Of a DNA stretch of 64,000 nucleotides, positions 49,152 through 57,364 are shown in pieces. Origin of the DNA: Candidatus Ratteibacteria bacterium (GTDB lineage: Bacteria > Ratteibacteria > UBA8468 > MWAK01); NCBI GenBank assembly GCA_041653615.1, contig JBAZEZ010000003.1:1213-65212 (forward strand), read 5' to 3'. The notes below the pieces were generated by a model. The model was not told the DNA's origin. It did no database searches and saw only the letters and a list, made by a program, of their open reading frames with translations. The position numbers and the translations under genes were made by a program. Positions within the stretch are counted from its first letter, which is position 1. Each line of letters begins with the position of its first letter.

Positions 49152-50200
49152 CACCGTTATTTATCTTTTTTAATTCAATTCCATACCCGATTTTGCTGGC
49201 TTTTCTGATTTTCCTGCTCTTGATATTGCTTCCTTTTGTCCCGGCTATCCGGGAACTTGTCAGGCCGAAGGATTCTCTCGCTTTGTTCATCAAGATGGAT
49301 TACACGAAAAACCCGAGGTATTTTGACCGGGCATTCAAGGATATCCTGGAAAAATCCCTGGAAAAAGTCGGATACGAACCCGGGCTGAAGAAGGTGCAGC
49401 TTTCCAAGAACGAACTGGTTGATATTTCGGATTCCAAGGTGGTCCCGGATAACGAAATCGTCGGTAACATTCTGTACGTCCGGAAAAAATTCACTTCCGG
49501 CAAAAGAGTATATCTGAATAAAGAAATTTTCGCCGGGGAATCGGCCATAATCGGAGAAAAAAATGTGCTGCGTGCTGTTGCCAGCGACGGAAACATAACC
49601 ATTTCCGCGGGAACAAGGGTTATCCGGTGGGTCGGGACCGAAGGGAGCGTGTTTGTCGGGTCGGATTGCGTCTTGGGAAAGCTCTGCTCCTGTAGCGGTT
49701 TGTTGGAGATAGGCAAGGCCTGCGTGTTTAACGCCTTGTACGGTAAACCTATTAATACCTATAAAATGCCGGACAAAGAGGTGGTTTCGGTTGCGCCGAA
49801 AATGAAAAATGTCGATGACGCGGCGTGGTACGTATCCGAAAATCATTTTTCGATACCTCCCGGCGCCGTGATTAATAACGATATTATCTCCAAGAGAAAC
49901 CTGACTTTAAAAAAGGACTGCACCGTTGCGGGCAGTTTGAAGTCCTACGGAAATATCGTGCTGGATGAAGGCGTAACCGTAAAAGGCAACCTGTTTGCGG
50001 AAGGAGATATTATCATCGGCGGGAAGAGTACCGTTACCGGAAATATATTTTCACAGAGCTATATCCGGATCGGCGGAAACGTGGGGGTCGGGGAAACGGG
50101 AACTATTAAGTCGGTCATCGGCAAAAAGGGGATTGAACTGACCGGCAATACGGTTATCTTCGGTTATGTTCTTACCGAAGGAACCGGTCGGGTGCTATGA
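49148..50200 (+). CDS. membrane-anchored bactofilin-like (CcmA/DUF583 beta-helix) protein
   Basis: 350 aa; N-terminal TM; repeated G(N/D)I..G...V.G motifs in the C-terminal half; ATGA overlap with GT2. Confidence 0.6.
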   Translation: MTPLFIFFNSIPYPILLAFLIFLLLILLPFVPAIRELVRPKDSLALFIKMDYTKNPRYFDRAFKDILEKSLEKVGYEPGLKKVQLSKNELVDISDSKVVPDNEIVGNILYVRKKFTSGKRVYLNKEIFAGESAIIGEKNVLRAVASDGNITISAGTRVIRWVGTEGSVFVGSDCVLGKLCSCSGLLEIGKACVFNALYGKPINTYKMPDKEVVSVAPKMKNVDDAAWYVSENHFSIPPGAVINNDIISKRNLTLKKDCTVAGSLKSYGNIVLDEGVTVKGNLFAEGDIIIGGKSTVTGNIFSQSYIRIGGNVGVGETGTIKSVIGKKGIELTGNTVIFGYVLTEGTGRVL

Positions 50201-52860
50201 TGAAAAAAAGGTTGTTGTCTATTATTTTAACGGGCACCATCGTTTTTGTGGTCGCGTTTGTCATCACGCAAAGATTTCTTACGCTTAATCGCGATATCTT
50301 GCCCAAAAACCAGGTTAACGCGTTACTCGTTTGCAACCCGGTTCTTTACGGGAACCAGCCGGGTATCACCGAAGCATACGACAAGGTGCTTGAAGAAGAA
50401 GGCGTGCCGCATAAAGTGGTAACACCCCACGCGCTTCTTAGCCTGGATTCCGCTCAAATTCTGGAAGCAAACCCGGTGATTATTATCCCGGACGGCGTAG
50501 CGCAGTCTTTGCCTTCGGACTTTGTCCAGTGGTGCAAAAACTACCTGGCCAGCGGCGGAAGCATGATGGTCGTTTATGATGGCGGAACCAGAAACAAAAA
50601 GGGAGCTTTCCTTAAGGAAGCGCTTTTTGCCGATTTTCTGGGAGTTAATTATCTGCCTTACGAACGTTTGCGGGGGCAGACCTATACGCGCGGCTATATT
50701 CAGTTTAAGAATTCGGCGAGCGCTGATTTTTTCCAGATGCCGACCGGCGTGCTTGACGCGGATAATTTTCTGCTCGGATATCAATACGGAAAACTGGAAT
50801 ATCCGATAGTCCGGGCGGAACCGCTCGGAGATGTCCCGGCCGAAGATATTTATGCTTACGCTCTCACGAAAGAACAAGAGAGATATCCGGCGCTGGTTTT
50901 AAAAAAGAAAGCTGCCGGAAGCGGCAGCCTGCTTTACGTTAACTTTCCCCTGGGTTATCTGAAAGCATACACGAACAACGACCTGTTGCTGAGAACCATC
51001 TTGAGAACATTTCTTTTTAAAGTGGTAAAAATCCCCCACTTGCTTAATACTCCTTCTGGAAAGGGCGGCCTGGTCATAAATTGGCACATTGATTCAAACA
51101 ATGAATGGCTTGGTATCCCTTTCATGGAGAAACATCGGTTTTTACGAAAAGATCTTGAGTATTCAATTCACGTAACCGCCGGAGATTTTTGTGACGAACC
51201 CGGAGACGGCAGGGGGTTTGACGCGTCCGGCCGGGGTCGGCCGTACCTTGAGACCCTGGCAAAATACGGGACAATCGGTTCCCACGGCGGATGGGCTCAT
51301 AACTGGTTTGCCAAAAACCTGCAGGAAAGGAAAATCAGTCCGGAGGGACAGGAGGAATATATCAGGCGGAATGACGAATCTCTCCAGAACGTCATCGGGT
51401 ATAAAATCATCGAATATTCCGCGCCGGTGGGAGTCCATCTCCAGCCCATAACTACCAACATCCTGGAAAAACTCGGATTTGTGGCGTATTACTACACCGG
51501 TGATTTGGGTTCCGCTCCCAACCGCACGTTCGTAAACGGGAAGATGGTTTCCGACAAAGTAATCGCTTTTCCGGTTATGCCTTACCGAAAGTTTGCTTCA
51601 ATTGACGAGATGGAAAGGGCGGGTATTACTCCGGAAGAAGTAAAGAAATGGTGGTGTGACACCCTGGATTATACGGTTAGGAACAGGACGGTCCGACTTA
51701 TCTATTCCCATCCGTACGATTTATATAATATACCGAAATATTCCCCTGCGCTTGATGCGTTTTTAAATTACGCGGAAAAGGAACAAAACAACGGAAAGGT
51801 GCGCGTTAAGCCGATGAGTTATTTTGCCAAGTTTATGCTGAAATTCCTGAAGACGCGATATGTTTTCAACCTGCAGGAAAGCGGACTGGCGGTAAACATT
51901 CAAAACAGTGACGGACTCAATGAAATTACCCTGGCTATCCCTAAAGACCGGTATCAAAAACCCGAAGGGTCGGAATTTATTCTGGATCAGGACAACGATT
52001 ATTACTACCTGACCTGTGCCGGAAACCTTCGGAAAAAAAATTTCCAAGTCAGCCAATTGCATCCGGTGCTCAGGATATGGCAGGAGTTTCAGAAGGTTGA
52101 AGAAAATAATTATATTATCCCGTATTTCGTTACTTTAAAAGCGATCGCTGACTTAAATGATGGCAAAATAGATATTGTCAAAAATTATATCATTTGGCAC
52201 TTAAACCACCTGAACTACCCGGACAAGAACGGTCTCAACGGAACCATCTATGATTATCGTATATCTCAGGACGGCAGGGAAGTGTCCACGAAGGACTATG
52301 ATTCGGTTGACTCATATGCCGGCATGTTTCTTTACCTGGTTAACCGGTATTATCAAAAGACGAACGACAAGCAGTTTATCGAGAAAAACCGGGCAAAACT
52401 TGAAGATATCGCTCGTGTGATTGTCTGGATGCAGGATGTTGACGGGTTAATCATGGTGATGCCCGGAAATAATACAAAATACCTGATGGATAACTGTGAG
52501 TCCTACGGAGGAATAAAGGCCTTCATGTCGTTATCGCGTGCGATGAATTGGGAAACAAAAGATTTTGAAAAAACGGAGAGCGCGCTCCGCAACGGCATCC
52601 GGAAATTTTTTGACAGCGGAAAGAATAATTTTTACTGGGCCATTCAGGAAGAAAAAAAACACGCGTCAACCTGGGATAATTATTATCCCGACGCTTACGC
52701 CCAACTTTTTCCCGTTCTTTTCGGACTCCTGGAAGAAGATACGGTATTAAGAACCTCGCTGTGGAAAAATTTCAATCAATTCCAGGCAAGTAAAATTGAT
52801 AAGATGGCCCCGGAGCAAAAGATAATCTTTGAATTTACAAAAGAAGTGATGAGTAAGTAG
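50197..52860 (+). CDS. large membrane-anchored periplasmic protein with a putative polysaccharide deacetylase/hydrolase-like central domain (PgaB/PelA analogue candidate)
   Basis: 887 aa; N-terminal TM; region INWHIDSNNE...GSHGGWAHNW reminiscent of NodB-type metal-binding motifs; ATGA overlap with the upstream gene; domain call is tentative. Confidence 0.45.
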   Translation: MMKKRLLSIILTGTIVFVVAFVITQRFLTLNRDILPKNQVNALLVCNPVLYGNQPGITEAYDKVLEEEGVPHKVVTPHALLSLDSAQILEANPVIIIPDGVAQSLPSDFVQWCKNYLASGGSMMVVYDGGTRNKKGAFLKEALFADFLGVNYLPYERLRGQTYTRGYIQFKNSASADFFQMPTGVLDADNFLLGYQYGKLEYPIVRAEPLGDVPAEDIYAYALTKEQERYPALVLKKKAAGSGSLLYVNFPLGYLKAYTNNDLLLRTILRTFLFKVVKIPHLLNTPSGKGGLVINWHIDSNNEWLGIPFMEKHRFLRKDLEYSIHVTAGDFCDEPGDGRGFDASGRGRPYLETLAKYGTIGSHGGWAHNWFAKNLQERKISPEGQEEYIRRNDESLQNVIGYKIIEYSAPVGVHLQPITTNILEKLGFVAYYYTGDLGSAPNRTFVNGKMVSDKVIAFPVMPYRKFASIDEMERAGITPEEVKKWWCDTLDYTVRNRTVRLIYSHPYDLYNIPKYSPALDAFLNYAEKEQNNGKVRVKPMSYFAKFMLKFLKTRYVFNLQESGLAVNIQNSDGLNEITLAIPKDRYQKPEGSEFILDQDNDYYYLTCAGNLRKKNFQVSQLHPVLRIWQEFQKVEENNYIIPYFVTLKAIADLNDGKIDIVKNYIIWHLNHLNYPDKNGLNGTIYDYRISQDGREVSTKDYDSVDSYAGMFLYLVNRYYQKTNDKQFIEKNRAKLEDIARVIVWMQDVDGLIMVMPGNNTKYLMDNCESYGGIKAFMSLSRAMNWETKDFEKTESALRNGIRKFFDSGKNNFYWAIQEEKKHASTWDNYYPDAYAQLFPVLFGLLEEDTVLRTSLWKNFNQFQASKIDKMAPEQKIIFEFTKEVMSK

Positions 52861-52861
52861 G

Positions 52862-52995
52862 GGTCCCGTAATTGTTGTGTAGTTGCCGAGCTTGCTCGGC
52901 GCAGTTAATGTAGGGGCGCGATTCATCGCGCCCGTGGGTCGGATGAATCCGACCCCTACGTTTAAAGAGCCAACCAAGGTTGGCCCCTACAATTT
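52862..52995. repeat. multi-hairpin intergenic repeat, copy A (GTTGCCGAGCTTGCTCGGCGC module plus GTAGGGG...CCCCTAC nested palindromes)
   Basis: shares a 23-bp module with 55633-55655 and the TGTAGGGG/CCCCTACA architecture with 55668-55725 and 60198-60290. Confidence 0.7.
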
Positions 52996-53012
52996 AAGGA
53001 CGAAAGGAATCT

Positions 53013-54170
53013 ATGCGCGCTATCAGAAGACTGAAAATCGGTGTGGTAACTGTTTTTTTTCTGTTCGTGGCGACTTTTCTTTTTGCCGAAGCGCCGTCCC
53101 AGGATTTCCATTTTCAAAACGGTGTAAAATTGTACTTGGAAGGGGATAGTGAAGCGGCCCTGGTTGCGCTGCGAAAATCGCTGGAAATAAATCCGGACAG
53201 CCGGGAAACCCGGGAACTAATCAATCTAATTTCCGGAAAGAAAAAGGCCGAACCGATTATAGTTGCGGAGCAAAACCCCGCGTCTCCGATACAGTTTTTA
53301 GAGCCTGAAGAGGCGGTGCAACAGGCAGTCCTGGATACAAAAGAACCCATAGAACCCGTGCTTACCAACAGGTCTTCAGAACCCGCGGTGCTTCCCGGCG
53401 GGTTTTTAGATTACGTGTCTTCCAAAAAAATAACGAAAATCAACATGGTACCATACCGGAATAGTCTTGAAGCAGATTTTTTAGTGGAATATCTTGACCC
53501 GAACGACATTTATGGTTCCTGGGAAAGTTTCGAACTCACCTTTTACCGGAATCAGTCTGACTCTTTAACGTATTTTCTGCAGGGCGGGGTATTCTGGCGG
53601 GATGAGGGAGACGGAATGAGTTTCGGCGCCGGGATTTCTAAAACCTGGAACAAGTATCTGTATACTTCTTCGTCCGTACATGCCGGAACCAACGTTGATT
53701 ACCTTCCCGAAATAAATCTTTCCCACGGTTTTTATTTTAAATTGGGGCAAAACAGAAACAACGTCGTCCCAATAGGTTTTACCTACATTGGTTTCCGCAA
53801 CGGTCACGAAGTGTATGTCGTTTCTTCCGGAATAACCGTTTACCGAACCGGATGGATTTTCGAGTACTTGTTATCCCGAAACCAGAATGAACCCGGCAGC
53901 GTCATTTCTTATTCCCACCTTGCCTCTGTTGCTCACGGACAGGATGGTTTGCAATGGTTGACCCTCACCCTCTCCGCCGGCCAGGATGCCTATCTGGCGA
54001 CGGATTTAACAACACCGGAGGAAGTGAATCAGGATTCTTACGGCGCCGCAATCCGTTTAAAACGGTGGTTGGGAAAGAGTTACGGAGTTATCGGAGAAAT
54101 CAGTTACTTTACTTTGGGTGATTCATACGATAAGTACGGTCTTACCGTCGGCATTTTTACTGAATTTTAA
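53013..54170 (+). CDS. putative outer-membrane beta-barrel protein with an N-terminal TPR-like module (PgaA-like export porin candidate)
   Basis: 385 aa; signal peptide; alternating amphipathic beta-strand pattern; C-terminal ...GIFTEF aromatic terminus; N-terminal HFQNGVKLYLEGD...INP...LISGKK module shared with the PilQ N-terminus. Confidence 0.5.
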   Translation: MRAIRRLKIGVVTVFFLFVATFLFAEAPSQDFHFQNGVKLYLEGDSEAALVALRKSLEINPDSRETRELINLISGKKKAEPIIVAEQNPASPIQFLEPEEAVQQAVLDTKEPIEPVLTNRSSEPAVLPGGFLDYVSSKKITKINMVPYRNSLEADFLVEYLDPNDIYGSWESFELTFYRNQSDSLTYFLQGGVFWRDEGDGMSFGAGISKTWNKYLYTSSSVHAGTNVDYLPEINLSHGFYFKLGQNRNNVVPIGFTYIGFRNGHEVYVVSSGITVYRTGWIFEYLLSRNQNEPGSVISYSHLASVAHGQDGLQWLTLTLSAGQDAYLATDLTTPEEVNQDSYGAAIRLKRWLGKSYGVIGEISYFTLGDSYDKYGLTVGIFTEF

Positions 54171-54183
54171 AGGGCTGGAATTT

Positions 54184-55632
54184 TTGAAAGTTTACGCGCT
54201 GAGCCTGGGATGCCCGAAGAATCTGGTTGACACGGAAAGGTTTCTGGCCGACCTGGTCGGTAAAAGATGGGAAGTGGTCGCGGAGCCGGATGAAGCGGAC
54301 GTTCTTTTCCTGAATACCTGCGCGTTTCTCTCCGAGGCGGTAGTTGAGTCAAAGAAGTTTTTGCGGGATTTGATTTTCGTCAAGAAACGTTTTCCGGAAA
54401 AAAAGATTTATCTGGCCGGCTGTATGGTCAGTCGCATTGGCAAATCGCTGCTATCTGAATTTCCGGAAATTGACCGGTTGATTACCCCTCAGGAGATCGT
54501 TCTTCTTCCTAACCGCTTTCTCTGCACCCCAAGTCACTATGCCTACCTTAAGATTTCCGATGGCTGCGACAATCATTGCCGCTATTGCCTGATTCCCGGA
54601 TTGCGCGGCCCCTTGAAGAGTTACCCGATGGAGCGGTTGATTGCCGAAGCGCGCACGCTGATAGCCGGAGGCGTGCGGGAAATAAATATTTGCGCCCAGG
54701 ATACCACCAGCTATGGGATTGACCTTTACGGAAAACCGGTCTTGGATAAATTGCTGCGGGAAGTTTGCAAAATTGAGGATTTGCGCTGGGTTCGGCTTTT
54801 GTATACCTATCCTACCGGTTATAACGAAGAACTAATAGAAACGCTCGCGGAACTTGCTTCCCCCTCACCCCGCCCTCTCCCCCGTGGGGAGAGGGGGAAT
54901 TCCTCTTTATTATTTCCTCTCCCCGAAAGGAAGAAGATGAATTCTCTTTCGTCCTTTCCTCTCTCCCCGGAGGAGAGGGGGAATACCCTTTTATTATCTC
55001 CTCTCCCCACGGGGGAGAGGATGAAGGTGAGGGGGAGTTTGCCGGGAGGGGTGAGGGGGAAATTGTGTCCCTACCTTGACATCCCGTTGCAGCACGCTTC
55101 CGACCAAATACTTTCGGCGATGAATCGCCACGGCAGCCAAAAAGAATACCGTAAATTAATTGCCAAATTGCGCCGTGCCATTCCGGATTTGATCCTGCGC
55201 ACAACTTTTATGGTCGGCTATCCGGGTGAAACGGAAAATGATTTTCAAATACTGCTGGATTTTGTTGAGGAGATGGAGTTTGAAAAATTAGGTCTTTTTG
55301 CCTATTCGGCGGAAACCGGTACGCCGGCGGCTGATTTACCGCAGGTTCCCCAGCCGCTGAAGGAAGAACGACTGGAAAGGTTAGGAAAAGTCCAGGCGAA
55401 GATTTCGCGGCGTAAATTGAAGAATTTTATTGGATGCGAGGTTGAAGCGGTGGTTGAGGACGTTAATCCGGATGATAAGAAAAAATCAATCGGCCGGACC
55501 CAGTTTGACGCGCCGGAAGTGGACGGTTCAATTATTCTGGACCGCCTGTTCCCGGTCGGGACCTTTGTTCGGGTAAAGGTTATTGGTGTGGATTCGTATG
55601 ACTTGCACGGAGAGGTAATACAAGAATTGTAG
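54184..55632 (+). CDS. rimO: ribosomal protein S12 methylthiotransferase RimO (MiaB-family radical SAM plus TRAM), carrying an in-frame 67-aa insertion
   Basis: MTTase N-domain (SLGCPKN), CDNHCRYC radical-SAM cluster, YLDIPLQHAS, C-terminal TRAM; probable TTG start at 54184 (the track ORF begins at 54118 and overlaps the upstream gene). Confidence 0.85.
   Translation: MKVYALSLGCPKNLVDTERFLADLVGKRWEVVAEPDEADVLFLNTCAFLSEAVVESKKFLRDLIFVKKRFPEKKIYLAGCMVSRIGKSLLSEFPEIDRLITPQEIVLLPNRFLCTPSHYAYLKISDGCDNHCRYCLIPGLRGPLKSYPMERLIAEARTLIAGGVREINICAQDTTSYGIDLYGKPVLDKLLREVCKIEDLRWVRLLYTYPTGYNEELIETLAELASPSPRPLPRGERGNSSLLFPLPERKKMNSLSSFPLSPEERGNTLLLSPLPTGERMKVRGSLPGGVRGKLCPYLDIPLQHASDQILSAMNRHGSQKEYRKLIAKLRRAIPDLILRTTFMVGYPGETENDFQILLDFVEEMEFEKLGLFAYSAETGTPAADLPQVPQPLKEERLERLGKVQAKISRRKLKNFIGCEVEAVVEDVNPDDKKKSIGRTQFDAPEVDGSIILDRLFPVGTFVRVKVIGVDSYDLHGEVIQEL
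54860..55060. mobile_element. 201-bp palindromic MITE-like element (TIRs CCCCCTCACCCC / GGGGTGAGGGGG; three internal CTCTCCCC-N4-GGGGAGAG hairpins) inserted in frame within rimO
   Basis: TIRs at 54860-54872 and 55048-55060; length 201 = 3 x 67 keeps the frame; encoded peptide is low-complexity PLPRGERG...PLPTGER. Confidence 0.7.
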
Positions 55633-55735
55633 TTGCCGAGCTTGCTCGGCGCGGTTGTTTTGTTGTAGGGGAGGGGCTCTGTCCCCTCCCGTGGTGGGCG
55701 GGGATGTAACCCCGCCCCTACATTAACACTTTCCT
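55633..55735. repeat. multi-hairpin intergenic repeat, copy B
   Basis: GTTGCCGAGCTTGCTCGGCGC + TGTAGGGGAGGGGCTCTGTCCCCTCCCG + GGCGGGGATGTAACCCCGCCCCTACATTAA between convergent rimO and pilQ; likely also a bidirectional terminator. Confidence 0.7.
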
Positions 55736-57351
55736 TACTTAACCTGCGCGGTCTTTTCGCGAAGTAAAGCCGCGGCGTCCGCGGATTCGTTAACAACGTG
55801 CGGCGTAATAAAAATTAAGAGTTCCGTTTTCTTGGGTTCTTTAACCGTTCGTTTGAAAAGATAGCCGAAAATCGGAATATCTCCGAAAAAGGGAACCTTG
55901 TAAGCAGTGTCCTTCGTTTGGTTGGTTAGCAGCCCTCCGATTACTACCGTCTGCCCTGATCTAACCGTAACGTTGGTATCGGATTCCCGGTTGTTGATTC
56001 TGGGAAGAACCAGGGTTCCGTCCCCGGTACCGGAAGCCACAGAATCGCCCAGGGATGTTACTTCCGGGTGGAGAATCATTTCCACCGCGCCTGCCTGGTT
56101 AACGTGAGGTATAACCCGAAGACTGATTCCGATGGGTTCGTAATGGTCGAGTGAACCGGTGATCAAGGTTTTTCCCGTGGTATCGGTAGTCGTGGTAGTG
56201 GTCATGATGGGGTATCTTTCGCCGACCATAATTGCGGCCGGATAGTTGTCCAGGGCCATGATTCGCGGGTTGGAAAGGATGTTGGCTTTTCCGGATTTTT
56301 CCAGGGCTTGGATCGTTACGTTTAAAGGGATGTGATTGTTATCGTAAGTAAGAGAAAGTCCGCCCCCGGCGGACATTGCCGGGACAGGAAAAGCCGGGCT
56401 GGTCAGGGTTGTGAGGCCGGAGGTAAGGCCGTTGGTTGTGGTGGGACCCCAGTTAATCCCGATGTCCCTTATATAGTCCGAGCTGATTTCTACAATCATG
56501 GCTTCGATCAGAATTTGGGATGGTTTTACGTCCAATTGGTTGATGAGAGTTTCAATTTTGGCTAAAACCTTCGGGGAATCGACAACTACCAGTACTTTAG
56601 GTTTTTCTTCGTTAGCGGTCGCTTCGCGCGTTTTTTTCCCGATGGTGGTTCCGGTGGTGGAAACACCGCTCATTGACCAGCCGCCGACCGATAAGTCGGT
56701 CATTACGTCAACCGTTCCGCCGGGTGAAAGTTGTTTTTGGATAATCTCCTTAATTTTTTCCGCGCTTACGTAATTAAGGGTAAACACCCTCGTAATCAGC
56801 GTGTCGGTGGTTAAGGGATTGTTCCGCGAGGAAAGGTTGGTTAAGGTGGAAACCAGCATCAGGCTGCCGGATTTTTCGTAGCCGAATCCGTTTACCGCCA
56901 GGATTGCGCGGAGGGCTTCTTCCACCGGTATGTTGGAAAAGGAAATAGTTACGGTTCCGGCCACTTCCTTGCCCGCGACAATATTAAATCCGTATTCTTG
57001 GGCAAAGAGCCGTAGGACATCGTTAAGGTCGGCGTTTTTTAACTCCAGGCTCAGTAATTTTGCCCCTTCCGTTTTTATTGCCGGAGCCATGACTTCCGTT
57101 GGCGCCTGGCTGATTTCCTGTTTTCCGGAAATCAGGGCAAGCAATGCCTGTGCCTGTTCGTGGCTGGGGTTAATTTGGAGCGATTGGTTCAATTCCGATA
57201 CGGCCGCTTTGTTTTCCCCATTCAAATAATACTTTAAACCTTTCTGGAAGTGTTGTTCTGCCGGAGGCGCTCCTTCACCCAGGAGCAATACCGGAACAAA
57301 TAAGAGTAAGACCAGCAGAATCCAAAATCTTTTGGTTATCGCGGGACACAT
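55735..57351 (-). CDS. pilQ: type IV pilus secretin PilQ (secretin family outer-membrane channel)
   Basis: 538 aa; signal peptide; N0/N1-like repeats; C-terminal secretin domain (VVIGGLLTNQTKDTAYKVPFFGDIPIFGYLFKRT...LLIFITPHVV); last gene of the pilMNOP cluster. Confidence 0.8.
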   Translation of the reverse strand: MCPAITKRFWILLVLLLFVPVLLLGEGAPPAEQHFQKGLKYYLNGENKAAVSELNQSLQINPSHEQAQALLALISGKQEISQAPTEVMAPAIKTEGAKLLSLELKNADLNDVLRLFAQEYGFNIVAGKEVAGTVTISFSNIPVEEALRAILAVNGFGYEKSGSLMLVSTLTNLSSRNNPLTTDTLITRVFTLNYVSAEKIKEIIQKQLSPGGTVDVMTDLSVGGWSMSGVSTTGTTIGKKTREATANEEKPKVLVVVDSPKVLAKIETLINQLDVKPSQILIEAMIVEISSDYIRDIGINWGPTTTNGLTSGLTTLTSPAFPVPAMSAGGGLSLTYDNNHIPLNVTIQALEKSGKANILSNPRIMALDNYPAAIMVGERYPIMTTTTTTDTTGKTLITGSLDHYEPIGISLRVIPHVNQAGAVEMILHPEVTSLGDSVASGTGDGTLVLPRINNRESDTNVTVRSGQTVVIGGLLTNQTKDTAYKVPFFGDIPIFGYLFKRTVKEPKKTELLIFITPHVVNESADAAALLREKTAQVK

Positions 57352-57364
57352 ATTTTCCCCTCCT

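Noticed and set aside
54118-54183. RimO start at 54118, overlapping the upstream gene by 53 nt
   Set aside because: The conserved RimO N-terminus begins around LKVYALSLGCPKN. A TTG at 54184 just after the upstream stop (54170) fits better. This is uncertain without RBS scoring.
54812-55204. 130-aa and 63-aa minus-strand ORFs within rimO
   Set aside because: They are produced by the palindromic element insert, which reads openly in both orientations. They have Gly/Pro/Glu-rich low complexity and no start context.
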